DNA of 64,000 nt from Octopus vulgaris. Lineage: Eukaryota. Position 1 is the first letter of the stretch. Each line of letters starts with the position of its first letter. The position numbers were made by a program, and so were the translations under genes. Shown here piece after piece: positions 25,751 to 37,795 of the stretch. The stretch spans positions 158,844,001 through 158,908,000 of the forward strand of contig OX597816.1 in assembly GCA_951406725.2 (NCBI GenBank). Direction: 5' to 3'. Under the pieces are notes generated by a model. That model ran no database searches and was not told the DNA's origin. It was given only the letters and a program-made list of their open reading frames with translations.

Positions 25751-25999
25751 GGTGTGGTTGAAACGAAATTTTATTTTAACTGAGATTGAGGAAGAAATTA
25801 ATTCTAATAGAGTTACCCTGTAAAAAGCACTTGTGCAGGCATCATATAAAAAGAATGGTTCTGGGTCCACATAAAATGCACTGCTTCTGATGCCACATAG
25901 AAAGTGCCCAGTACCCTCTGCAAACTGGTTGGCAGTAGGAAGAACATGCAGCTGTAAAAACCAGGCCAAAATAAACTATGGAACTTGGGTACACACACA

Positions 26000-26890
26000 C
26001 ACACACATATAAAGACAGTTTTCATATGTTGAAGATGCACAGGATCCATAAAAACCTTAGAGATGGGAAATTGATTCTCTCAAATTCCCTGGTGGTTCAT
26101 TAGATGTAGTAGATAATTTCTGCAACCTAGGGGACCAAATTAGTAGTGAGAGAAGATGTACAGAGAGTGTGATTGCTAGAATAAGAATAGAATGGAGAAA
26201 ATCCAGAAAGCTGTTACTGCTGTTGGCCTCAAAAGATTTCTCTCTCCAAGTGAAAGGAAGATTGCATGATGCAATTCTTCATAGTAGTGAGACATGGGCC
26301 CTGAATGTAGAGGACATGCGAAAGTTAGAGAGGAATGAGGCTAGTATGCTCTGCTGGCTGTATAATGTAAGTGTATATGTTCAACAGAGTGCCAGTGTTC
26401 TGAGAGAGAAGTTAGGCATAAGAAGAATTTGTTGCTGTGTGCAAGAAAGAAGACTGTGCTGGTTTGGTCATGTGATGCAGATGGATGCTGAAGGTTCTAA
26501 TAAAGAAGTGCTGCTCTCTCAAAATGGATGGAACACATGGAAGTAGGAGACCCAGGAAGACATGGGATGAAGTACTGAAGAACAACCACAGGATGCTGAA
26601 CCTTTCAGGTGAGATGACAAAGGACCAAAATAGCTAGTGCCTGGCCATACTCAAGAAGACCTCTACCTCACAGCAGAAGTGTTAAGACCAATCCATCTGG
26701 TGGTATAAAGCACTCATAGCAGTGCCTCACAAAAGCACTTGTGCAGTGCCACATGAAAGCTCCTGTGTGGTACTACATAAATGCACCTGTGTGATGTCAT
26801 GTAAAAATGTCCAGCACACTCTGTAAAGTGGTTAGCATTAGGAAGGGAATCCAGCTGTAGAAACCATGCCAAATCAGACTGGCAGCACCC
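26000..26890 (+). mobile_element. Decayed RTE LINE 3' part
   Basis: ORF 26169-26546 (ARIRIEWRK...SETWALNVEDMRKLERNEASML) is homologous to 29417-30313; RTE-type 3' UTR follows. Confidence 0.8.
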
Positions 26891-26979
26891 CAGAGTAAAA
26901 GTCATGACATAGTGTATTGTAAAGATCAAATAGATAAAACTAGAAGTGTACTTGAAAACAAACTTGATAATTTTTCAAT

Positions 26980-27300
26980 CTCTTTTACTTGTTTCAGTCA
27001 TTTGACTGCGGCCATGCTCGAGCACCGCCTTTAATCGAGCAACTCGACCCCGGGACTTATTCTATCGGTCTATTTTGCCGAACCGCTAAGTAACGGGGAC
27101 ATAAACACACCAGCATCGGTTGCCAAGCAATGCTAGGGGGACAAACACAGACGCACAAACACACACATGCATATATATACATATATACCACGGGCTTCTT
27201 TCAGTTTCCGTCTACCAAATCCACTCACAAGGCTTTGGTCGGCCCGAGACTATAGTAGAAGACCCTTGCCCAAGGTGCCACGCAGTGGAACTAAACCCGG
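26980..27300 (-). mobile_element. SINE family A, head truncated
   Basis: Similarity to 11371-11756. Confidence 0.85.
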
Positions 27301-27477
27301 GGGGAAAAATATGGAGTCGATGCAGGAATCGGAATTCAGAGATCCAAGAATATATCTATTGAGCCCCAACGACATTCCAAATAAAAGCACGATATTCATC
27401 CTTAGAAGAGTTTAAATTCATGGAACTTTCGAATTTCAACAAATTTGATGAGTATTGCAAACAATTTAAAAATCATG

Positions 27478-27729
27478 GGTACTATTTAAGAAGAGTGGTC
27501 CCGGTGCGCGCACCAGAGCATCCACGCCAGCTAGTCATGACTAGTCGATCCTTACTTTGTGTTTTATTTACTTTGTTTAAAACATTATTTACTTTGTGTT
27601 TTTGTGTTTTATATATTTTGTTTAAAAAATTTATTTACTTTGCTAGATAGTCGTAGGATCGACTAGTCACGACTAGCCAGCGTGGATGCACGAGCGCGCG
27701 CAACAGGACCACTCTTCTTAAATAGTACC
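27478..27729. mobile_element. MITE with about 75-bp TIRs, GGTAC termini
   Basis: ggtactatttaagaagagtggtcc... / ...ggaccactcttcttaaatagtacc around a T-rich core; no TSD seen. Confidence 0.75.
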
Positions 27730-28000
27730 AGGGCAACGTTTTTTTTTTTATTTGCATGTCCAGCCCCGGAAGTTACCGCACGCCACTGATATATATATAT
27801 ATATATATAATACAAATAAGAAAATGGAGAAGCAAATTTAGTTTGTTCATCAACTTTCAAATATTAGAATGTTGGATTATTTATTCATTTAACAAAATGA
27901 GACCCTCAGTAGCATACATATATATCTTATAATTCAATACATATAAGCTAAGAATACAAATTATAAAAGTCATAATATAAATTATTGAAATCACACCCAG

Positions 28001-28047
<47 letters not shown>

Positions 28048-28116
28048 CATACATACATACATACATACATAAATACATACAGGGGTTGGACAAAATAATG
28101 GAAACACCTTAAAATT

Positions 28117-28999
28117 TCAAACAAATTTATTGTAATATACAGTAGGACTGCCTTTGGTAGTAATTACAGCTTGAATTCTACAAGGTATGGACTCATACAA
28201 AGTTTGAATTGTTTCCAGTGGAATTTTTGTCCAGTCTTCAGCTAAAACAGTTTCCAGTTCTTGTAGTGATGATGATGGAGGATATCGACTCCTTACTTGT
28301 TTTTCTAAAATGTACCGTAAATGTTCAATAATACTGATATCTGGGGACTGTGGTGGCCAGATAAGTTGTTCATCTTCACTAGAATGCTCCTTGTGCCATT
28401 CAATAACAACTTTAGCTATGTGAATTGGTTCATTGTCATCCTGAAAGATTGCATTTCCTTCCAGAAACAGTTCCGCAACCATAGGATGAATTTAGTCAGA
28501 TAAAATGCTTTATTGACTATTAATTCTGCTATGAAGGGAAACCAGTGGGCCAACAGATTTCCAAGATATAGACCCCCACCCCGCCAGATCGTCACAGATC
28601 CTCCTCTATGTTTAACAGCTGGAAGAAGGCAGTCTGGGTCAAATGCTTCTCTTGACTGTCTCCACACATATACTCAGCCAGTGGTCAGAAATAAGGTAAA
28701 GGATGACTCGTCTGAGAAAATAACATTCTTCCACTGCTCTAGGGACCAATTCTGTAGATTTTTACTCCACTCTAAACGCTTTGCAACATTTTGAAAGTAG
28801 TGGTTTTCTGATTGCAGCCCTCCTGTGAAATCTGGTTTTGTGCTGCTTTCTAGCAAACAGTTTTTGTAGAAACTGGGTTCTTGAGGTGGTTAATAAGCTC
28901 TGCAGTAATTTGGGCAGCTGTACTTTTGTGATCCTCTCTAACAATTCACGTAAGAGTCCAATGGTCCCTATCTGAAAGCTTTGGTTTTCTTCCAGAGTT
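28117..28999 (-). pseudogene. Tc1-family transposase, frameshifted central and C-terminal part
   Basis: VIFSDES, VKHRGGSVTIW, FQDDN and WPPQSPDISIIE motifs across three frames. Confidence 0.9.
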
Positions 29000-30313
29000 T
29001 TGAAAAGTACCACTGATGCTATATTCCTGGTAAGGCAGCTGCAGGAGAAATACCTAGCCAAAGATAAGGCCCTGTACCTGGCTTTTGTTGACATGGAGAA
29101 AGCCTTCGACAGGGTCCCCCGATCCCTCATATGGTGGTCAATGAGGAAACTAGGAATAGAAGAATGGTTAGTGAGAGCTGTGCAAGCCATGTACAGGGAC
29201 GCTGCTAGTAAGGTGAGGGTTGGAAATGAGTACAGTGAAGAATTCCGGGTAGAGGTAGGGGTCCACCAAGGCTCAGTCCTCAGCCCCCTCCTATTTATCA
29301 TAGTCCTCCAGGCAATAACGGAGGAATTCAAGACAGGATGCCCCTGAGAGCTCCTCTATGCTGATGACCTTGCTCTAATTGCTGAGTCATTATCAGAACT
29401 GGAGAAGAAGTTTCAGGTGTGGAAGCATGGTTTAGAATCGAAAGGCCTTAGAGTCAACCTAGCTAAAACCAAAGTCCTAATAAGTAGGAAGGTAGACAAA
29501 TTACAAACGCCTTCAGGTAGATGGCCCTGCTCGATCTGTAGAAAAGGTGTAGGTAGAAACTCTATAAGATGCACCAAGTGTAAGCTATGGACACATAAGA
29601 GGTGCAGCAATGTCATAGGAAGGCTAACTAGGAAGATGGTTTTTGTATGTGGCAGATGCTCGGGAGCATTAACCTCTGAAAATCTACAGAAAACAACTTC
29701 CGTCACTTTCCAGGGGGAAAAACTAGAAGTAGTTGATAGCTTCCGTTATCTTGGTGACCAAGTCAGTAGTGGGGGTGGGTGTGCTGAAAGTGTAACGGCT
29801 AGAGTAAGAATAGCCTGGGCAAAGTTTAGGGAGCTCTTACCTCTGTTGGTGACTAAAGGCCTCTCGCTCAGAGTAAAAGGCAGACTGTATGATGCATGTG
29901 TACGAACAGCCATGCTACATGGCAGTGAAACATGGGCCGTGACTGCTGAGGACATGCGTAAGCTCGCGAGAAATGAAGCTAGTATGCTCCGTTGGATGTT
30001 TAATGTCAGTGTTCATAGTCGACAGAGTGTAAGTACCTTGAGAGAAAAGTTGGACCTAAGAGGAATCAGATGTTGTGTGCAAGAGAGACGATTGCGCTGG
30101 TATGGTCATGTGGTGAGAATGGATGAAGATAGGTGTGTGAAAAAGTGCCACACCCTGGCAGTTGAGGGGACCTGTGGAAGAGGTAGACCCAGGAAAACCT
30201 GGGTCGAGGTGGTGAAGCACGACCTTCGAACTCTAGGTCTCACCAAGGAAATGACCAGAGACCGAGACCTATGGAAGTATGCTGTGCGTGAGAAGACCCG
30301 GCAAGACCAGTGA
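29000..30313 (+). pseudogene. RTE reverse transcriptase with an internal C4HC3 finger and one nonsense codon
   Basis: ORFs 29000-29347 and 29417-30313 share a frame; a single TGA at 29345-29347 sits in GCP*ELLYADD. Confidence 0.9.
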
Positions 30314-30358
30314 GAACAATCAAAATCAAATCATATATCAGAAAGCAGGGGTTAAGTG

Positions 30359-30968
30359 ACCCATCCGTTCGTGTCCGCTGTCAGCCTCGTCTGGCACCCG
30401 TGCCAGTGATACGTAAAAGCACCATTCGCTCATGGCCGTTTGCCAGCTCTGCCTGGCCCCGTGTCGGTGGAACGTAAAAGCACCATCCGTTCGTGTTCGT
30501 TGCCAGCCTCGCCTGGCCCCGTGCCGGTGACACATAAAAGCACCGTCCGTTCGTGGCCGTTTGCCAGCTCTGTCTGGCCCCGTGTCGGTGGCACGTCAAA
30601 GCACCATCCGTCCGTGTCCGTTGCCAGCCTCGGCTGGCCCCCGTGCCGGTGACACGTAAAAGCACCGTCCGCTCGTGGCCGTTTGCCAGCTCTGTCTGGC
30701 AACCGTGTCGGTGGCACGTAAAAGCACCATCCGTTCGCGTCCGTTGCCAGCCTCGGCTGGCCCCCGTGCCGGTGACACGTAAAAGCACCGTCCGTTCGTG
30801 GCCGGTTGCCAGCTCTGTCTGGCCCCGTGTCGGTGGCACGTAAAAGCACCATCCGTTCGTGTCCGTTGCCAGCATCGCCTGGCCCCGTGCCGGTGACACG
30901 TAAAAGCACCATCCGTTCGTGGCCGTTCGCCAGCTCTGTCTGGCACCTGTGTAGGTGGCACGTAAAAA
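30359..30968 (+). repeat. About 61-bp tandem repeat x10 with alternating A/B units, in the RTE 3' UTR
   Basis: Units run gcacc...cgtaaaa with no unique spacers. Confidence 0.92.
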
Positions 30969-31142
30969 ACACCCACTACACTCGCGGAGTGGTTGGCGTT
31001 AGGAAGGGCATCCAGCCGTAGAAACATTGCCAGATCTGACTGGGCCTGACGAAGCCTTCCAGCTTCACAGACCCCAGTTGACCCGTCCAACCCATGCTAG
31101 CATGGAAAGTGGACGCTAAACGATGATGATGATGATGATGAA

Positions 31143-31292
31143 GAAGGTTTTTCCCTCTTTCTCAAAGGTTGTCATTACTTTCAAGACAGTACTTCTTCAT
31201 ACACCAAACATTTCAGCTGTTTTTGTTACGCTAGTTCCTGCCATATGAGCACCAACAATTTGACCTCTTTGAAAGTCTGATAGATCTGTCAT
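31143..31292 (-). pseudogene. Tc1-family transposase N-terminus (HTH region)
   Basis: MTDLSDFQRGQIVGAHMAGTSVTKTAEMFGV from the ATG at 31292. Confidence 0.85.
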
Positions 31293-31494
31293 TTTAATGA
31301 ATTTTAATTACCTTTTTCTGATGATATCTGAAAAGAAACAGCAATTTTAGCAAAACATATTAAGCAACACTAATAATAAATAAAAAAACATAAAAATAAA
31401 CAAGCTTTTGATGATTGTATAGATAGTTCAAAATTATGATGCTAGGTGTTTCCATTATTTTGTCCAACCCCTGTAAATACATATATGTCAGTAG

Positions 31495-31874
31495 CATGTA
31501 AAAGCACCTTTCAAGTGTTGGGTCTCACAGAAGCAAGGACCCAAGACCATTTGGCATTATGCCAGGCTTTGAGCATTGGGCCTCACAGAGGCAATGACCA
31601 AGTCTATTTGGCATTATGTCATGTTAGAGAAGACCCATCAAGTCAAGTAAAACTGCAGTCATGGCAGATACCAGTGTCACGCAAATGATACCCATACCAG
31701 TGGCACATAAAAGCACCCATTACACTCTCAGAGTGGTTGGCGTTAGGAAGGGCATCCAGCCATAGAAACCATGCCAAAACAGACTGGAGTCTGGTGCAGC
31801 CTTCCGGCTTGCCAGCCCTGGTCAAACCATCCAACCCATGCCAGCATGAACAACGGACATTAAATGATGATGAT
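31495..31874 (+). mobile_element. RTE 3' UTR fragment, second subfamily
   Basis: gagtggttggcgttaggaagggcatccagc...aacccatgccagcatg...(GAT)n; related minus-strand copy at about 37185-37450. Confidence 0.75.
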
Positions 31875-31898
31875 ATCTATATATATATATATATATAA

Positions 31899-32339
31899 TT
31901 ATTAATAAAGACAAAGTTTGACCTAAGCAACAAAGACCAATCATTCACTGTATCTAAATGCAATAATAGCCAGTGTGGCACATGCCAATTCATACATACT
32001 AGCCAATATATGAACCCAAAAACTGGAAAAAAATTCACAAATGCAAATATGAACTGCAAAAGCAAATATTTAATTTACTGCATCAAATTCCCAAATTGTG
32101 AAGAACTATATGTAGGTCAAACTGGAAAGGCACTATCAGAATGTTCACGTGTGCACCGACAGCAAATTAGAGAGCCAGATGTCTTTCAGATACCTTTGAG
32201 TAACCATCTAGCAACATGCAGTTGGAAAATATTTATAATATTTCCGTTCTACAAACAATGAAGTCCAAGTGAAATTGAAAGAAAAATCAGAGAAAAGAAT
32301 TTTATTAATAAATTCCAAACCAAGCTAAATAAACAATAA
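31899..32339 (+). pseudogene. PLE C-terminal GIY-YIG endonuclease with Cys-rich linker
   Basis: In frame: KCNNSQCGTCQF...NCKSKYLIYCIKFPNCEELYVGQT...H...H...FYKQ*SPSEIERKIREKNFINKFQTKLN; one TGA at 32259-32261. Confidence 0.85.
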
Positions 32340-32790
32340 TACTAATACTTAGAGGCACTATTTCTACTGCTAAGACCACTACCACTAACAACAACAACAA
32401 TACTAAAGGTACTCATTATGATGATAGCAGGAAAAACTAGCTAAGTCAAGAGAAAAGTCAGTAAAAATTATTTTATTTTGGGGTTTGAAGTTCTATTACC
32501 ACAGCTACACCTACCACCACCACCAACAACAACAACAATAATAAAGGAGATGATAATGATGACAATGATAATTTAAATGTAAAACTCCTTGGGAGATGTT
32601 CTTTACAACATTTCTAAAAATAGCCCACACCAATCAACTTAAGTAATTTAGTAAAATCACATACTGATTGGTCAGAATACAGTTAGCAAAAATTAACATT
32701 CTGGAGCCTATACAAATGTATTTAAAGCACACAGTTTAGCCATCTCACCACAGTTGTAAATTGTAAAACATAACTGTCACCACTACTACA

Positions 32791-32835
32791 TGAACCTGAA
32801 GATTGCATAGTTTAATGCATGAAAGTACTAGTTCA
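32791..32835 (+). ncRNA. Minimal type-I hammerhead ribozyme motif in the PLE 3' region
   Basis: TGAAC-CTGAAGA-T-TGCAT(AGTTTA)ATGCA-T-GAAA-GTAC-TA-GTTCA: 5-bp stem I, 5-bp stem II, palindromic AGTACT stem III. Confidence 0.75.
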
Positions 32836-33485
32836 ATCAGAATGGATATTTAATATTCTATCATTTCATTACATTATATTATCAATAATATTAATATGCT
32901 AACTTTTTGTTTTTGTATGTACCTGTTGTGTGCGTCACACTTCTTTGAAGTGGCAAAGCGAGAGAGAGAGGAGGACAGAGAAGAAGTAAGAGAAAGTGAG
33001 AGAGAAAGAGAAAGTGAAAGAGACAGTGAGTGGTGATGGCATTCATTTTGTATTTTTAAATGTTTCAGAGTGGATGTATGAGAGAAAGAAAGAGTGTGAG
33101 AGAGAAAGAGAGACAGTGAGTGGTGGCGGTATTTGCTTTGTGTTTTTAAATGTTTATCACATCGCAAGAGAAATAGATACATAGATACATACACATATTG
33201 TTAAATCGAAAGTGGGAGAGAAGAGTGATACAAAGAAAGTGAAAGAGAAAGAGAGTAAGTGAGAGAGACGGTAGATACATAAATCCAAAGAAAAGTTTAT
33301 AGATACATAGACACAGCAAATATTGGCTGTCAATTTCACTTTTCATTACCACACGAGGATAAAATTAACTTACAAATGGCTGAGTACTTCACAGACATGC
33401 TTAACATTAATGTCATTCTCAGGGAGATTCAACCTCACACAGAATATGACAAGGCTGGCCCCTTTGAATTACAGCTACAACTCGA

Positions 33486-33541
<56 letters not shown>

Positions 33542-33697
33542 TGTATTTGTGTGTGTATAGTATAGGTTAGTTAAAACATGTTTGCAATAATAAGTGTTGC
33601 ATGGTGGAAAAAATGCAATTACCAAACTTTCATTCATAAATCCATTTATTATTTCGTTTTCTTTTTTTTTTTTTGCATTTCAATTTGATTTGTATAT

Positions 33698-34384
33698 TTG
33701 TACCCAGAAATTTTCAACAACTGCACACCAAAAGAAATGGAAAAACGAGTAATTTTGTCTCCTAAAACTTCTGACTGTCTTGCAATAAATGAAAAAGTTC
33801 TTAATATTATACCAGAGGCACTTAAAACGTACTTAAGCACAGATTTAGTATCCTGCAATAAGGAAGAAGAGGTTCAGAACTATCCCTTTGAATTCATAAG
33901 CTCACTCACTCCATCCGGTATGCCTCTTCATCGCCTCAACTTAAAAGTAGGGGCTATTGTAATGCTGCTAAGAAATCTTTTGATTAGTCAAGGATTATGT
34001 AATGGAACTCGCATGAAAGTGCAAATACTTCATAAACATTGTGTAGAGGCATCATTGGTAACAGGCTCCAACAGAGGTCATACAGTTTTAATTCCCAGAA
34101 TTAAACTTAGCCCAAGTGATGCAAATATTCCATTCAGACAAAACAGACTTCAGTTTCCATATTCAATGACAATTAATAAGGCTCAAGGGCAAACATTTGA
34201 AAAAGTTGGAATACATTTGCCCCAACCGGTATTTTCTCATAGTCAATTATATGTTGCACTTTCAAGAGTACAAGCTATGAACAATATCAAAGTAAGAGTT
34301 ATGACACTCAATTGGGATAACAGACAAGGCCAAAGACGCGGTGTGACATACATACAAAATATTGTCTACCATAAAGTACTGTGA
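33698..34384 (+). pseudogene. Helitron RepHel PIF1-like helicase, C-terminal fragment
   Basis: PSGMPLHRLNLKVGAIVMLLRNL, GLCNGTR, MTINKAQGQT, QLYVALSRV, NIVY; a few residues are missing after LQFP; no N-terminal part. Confidence 0.9.
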
Positions 34385-34554
34385 GGAAGATCACTGCACC
34401 AGCTAGCACCACCACCACACCAGCTACTCCATCATTACACATCTACATTACACCTTTAAGATCGGGGAACCAGTTAGGGGCCTGGTGGATCTCTCTCAGC
34501 ATACCAGCAAACCACAAAATCGCACTAGCCAGCATCACCACTACCTCCAAGCCT

Positions 34555-34573
34555 GTCATATATATATATATAC

Positions 34574-34604
<31 letters not shown>

Positions 34605-34885
34605 TGTATGTATGTATGTATGTATGTATGTATGTATGTATGTGTGTATGTATGTATGTGTATGTGTGTGTGTAAGTTTGTGTATGTGTTTGTCCCACCA
34701 CAACCATTGCTTGAGAACCAATGTTGGTGCGTTTGCGTCCCTGTAATTTAGCTGTTCAACAGAAGAGACTGATAGAATAAGTACCAGGCTTACAGGGAAT
34801 AAGTTCAGGGGTCAATTTCTTCAACTAAAGGGTGATGCTTCAGCATGGCCACTGTCAAATGAATGAAACAAAGGAATAAAAGAAT
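34555..34885 (+). mobile_element. (TATG)n microsatellite plus SINE family A 3' half
   Basis: Direct reading and tail similarity. Confidence 0.75.
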
Positions 34886-35329
34886 ATCAGAAAAATGTTT
34901 CGTACCACTAAACCAAGAAGGTTCTTTAAATATGTACGATATATTTTAAGGTTAAATAGTAATTCCGTTTACATTTGTGTAACTGAGATATTTTGGTTGG
35001 ATTATATAGTCATTGGTGTTACATTACTTTCTATATTCTGTAACTGTCACAATATACTTTCTGGTCCTGAAATTTTTGTGGTGAGGGTGCCAATTGATTA
35101 GATCGACTCCAGTACACAACTGGTACTTAATTTATCGACCCCAAAAGGATAAAAAGTAAAGTCAACCTCGGCAGAATTTGAACTCAGAACGTAAAAACAG
35201 ACGGTCATAATATGCAAGCATTTCTCATGGCACCTGTACACTGTTTACAGATGCTTACATTTTTTATGTTTTCCATGTATTTTTCATGGGTCCAGCTTGT
35301 ATTATATTATTATAAGATTGTAAATAAAA

Positions 35330-37084
35330 TCTGAAAATCAGACAAAGCTGGAATGATCAGTTCAAAAGTGTCTTTACCACCCTGTTGGAACACAGACAAG
35401 TGAACGAACCAGTGGACTTCTTTACCGCTTCCCCTATAAGCAGCGAGGCAATTACGATGGAATACATCAACATTAGTGAAGAAGATATGCTACTAGCCAT
35501 AGATGAGGTGGACACAAACTCAACTGCTGGTCCTGATGGTTCCCCAGCAATCCTCCTCAAATTGTGTAATCGTCCCCTGGCAAAACCCCTCTAGATTCTC
35601 TTCCAGAGCTTTCTTGCAAGCTGAAGAAGGGAATAATATGCCCAATCCATAAAGGGGGAAACAGAGCAGATGCCAAAAACTATAGACCTATCTCTCTGAT
35701 CACATCAGCAAAGTCATGGAACAGATTGTCAGAAGGAAACTAATTGCATTCCTTGAAGAAAATAACTTGCTGAGTGAAATCCAGGTAGGAGCTGCCTGAC
35801 TCAGCTCTTACAACATTATGACTGGGTGTTGAGACAATTACTCAACAACTCAAATGTGGACATAATATACCTTGATTTTGCATAAGCTTTTGATCATGGT
35901 ATGATATGCCACAAACTGCATGATCTCAGCATAGCTGGAAAACTTGGAGAGTGGTTACATGACTTTCTGGAAGATAGAAGTCAGGCAGTAGTGGCCAATG
36001 GAGCCACCTCAATGAAAACACAAATAGTAAGTGGTGTTCCACAGGGCACTGTCTTGGGACCACTGCTTTTCATGGTGGCCCTCTCAGATATGCCTTCAAC
36101 TGCCTGGATAGCCATCCCTGCTAGCTATGCAGATAATACGAGAGTCTTGCAGAAAATACTGAACCCTAGCAATGTTGCACATCTGCAGCAGGAGTTGGAC
36201 TCAATTTACACATGGGCTGAGGATGATAATATGCAGTTTAATGCTGAGAAATTCAGAGACCTGCACTACCAGCATTCAAAACTGAATATAAAACTTACAG
36301 GATACACTAGTCAAGAGGGAATTACAATCCCAGAGCCTAAATCAGTGAGGGACATGGGTATTGACATGAGTGATGATACCTCTTTCCAAGTGCACATCAC
36401 CAGGATGGCAACAAAATGCAGACGAATGGCTAGATGGATCTTGAGAACATTCAGAACCAGAGATAAGGAAACCATGATGGTCCTCTGGAGGACATTCATC
36501 CTCAGCCACCTGATCATCCAACAGAATAAAATTAACAGCGGACCTTGAAGCAATCCAGTGAAGATTCACAAAGAAGATCATCTCTTTGCAACTGCTCAGC
36601 TCCTGGGAAAGGTTGAAACAGCTAAGACTCTACTCCCTGGAGCGAAGGCGACAGAGATATGCAGTAATATATATCTGGAAGATCCTGGAAGGAACTGTAC
36701 AAACTTTTGGCATTGAAAGTTACACCAGTGCCAGAACGGGTCGACACTGCAGAGTGCCAAAGAATCCAGCAATGCCATCATGCTTCAGGACCACTTACTG
36801 CAACAGCCTGGGTTTCAGGGGCCCCCAGCTTTTTAATATTCTCCCAAAGAGCCTGAGGTATCTGCACAAAGTAGATGTAGGTGTTTTTAAATTAAGGCTG
36901 GACCTCTACCTGTCGAGTGTCCCAGATGAATCTACCTCATGGCAAGAGGTGCAAATGAGGGTAGCTACATCAAACTCCACTCTTCACCAAGTGCCACATA
37001 TTGGAGGAGGCTCTCAATAATAACAGTGTGGCAAAACGGCGGTGCATCAAGATGGCCGCAGCTCTGAGCTGAAACTACAGTAAA

Positions 37085-37086
<2 letters not shown>
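35330..37086 (+). mobile_element. 5'-truncated CR1/Jockey-group LINE, decayed
   Basis: AGPDGSPAILLK, NYRPISL, IYLDFA, SGVPQGTVLGPLLF, YADNT, LRLYSLERRR across several frames; short 3' UTR ending in a hairpin. Confidence 0.85.
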
Positions 37087-37117
<31 letters not shown>

Positions 37118-37449
37118 TACATATATAGTATGTATACATTCATATGCACACACACACACACACACACATACCCACACACAAATATCATCATCATCAGCAT
37201 TTAATGTCCATTGTCCATTCTGGCATGGACTGGTTGGTATAACCAGGGCTGGCAAACTGGAAGGCTGCACCAAACTCCAGTCTGATTTGTTATGGTTTCT
37301 AAGTCTAGATGTCCTTCCTAACACCAACCACTCCGAGAGTGTAATAGGTGACACCGGTATCTACCACCACAGTGATTTTGCTTTGCTTGCTGGGTCTTCT
37401 TCTGAAACATAACATAATGCCAAAGGTCTCCTCCGTGAGGCCAGTGCCT

Positions 37450-37512
<63 letters not shown>

Positions 37513-37513
<1 letters not shown>

Positions 37514-37795
37514 GAGAACAATGCCTGTCATCGCCACAGATGGAGGAAGCAGGTTAAGGAGGGGATCGACACTTTTGAGAGAGCACGTATCCAGCATGAA
37601 GAACTTAAGCAAGCTGCACGAAAGCGCACGGCTCGTATAGTGAATGGGGAAAGCTTGGTCTGCAATGTTAGCAGTCGTGTATGCTTATCAAGAGCAGGGC
37701 TCATTAGCCACCAACGGTGCCGCAAATGCAAAATATAAGTTAGTCCTGGAGCGCACAATGGTCTTCCTCGGTCACGAATGGACGGCCATCATCAT

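Larger units (their letters stand above)
29000..31140 (+). mobile_element. 5'-truncated RTE-clade LINE
   Basis: RT motifs FVDMEKAFD, GVHQGSVLSPLLF, YADD; RTE C-terminus GRGRPRKTW; repeat-bearing 3' UTR; (GAT)n tail. Confidence 0.93.
28080..31473 (-). mobile_element. Tc1/mariner DNA transposon, DD36E type, defective, interrupted by an RTE LINE
   Basis: Perfect 30-bp TIRs caggggttggacaaaataatggaaacacct (28080-28109 / 31444-31473), TA on both sides; about 1.25 kb without the LINE. Confidence 0.93.

Noticed and set aside
28762-29331. 189-aa minus-strand ORF
   Set aside because: Antisense shadow of the RTE RT fused by chance to Tc1 sequence.
30359-30968. CRISPR-like regular array
   Set aside because: Units are contiguous without unique spacers, lie in a LINE 3' UTR, and no cas genes are present.
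32259-32261. In-frame TGA in the PLE endonuclease as a selenocysteine or readthrough codon
   Set aside because: Not at an evident conserved Cys, no SECIS recognised, and CGA to TGA decay is the simpler explanation; only a family consensus with fixed TGA would revive it.
33698-34384. Host PIF1 gene
   Set aside because: Intronless C-terminal fragment with Helitron-type motifs and a deletion near a conserved motif.
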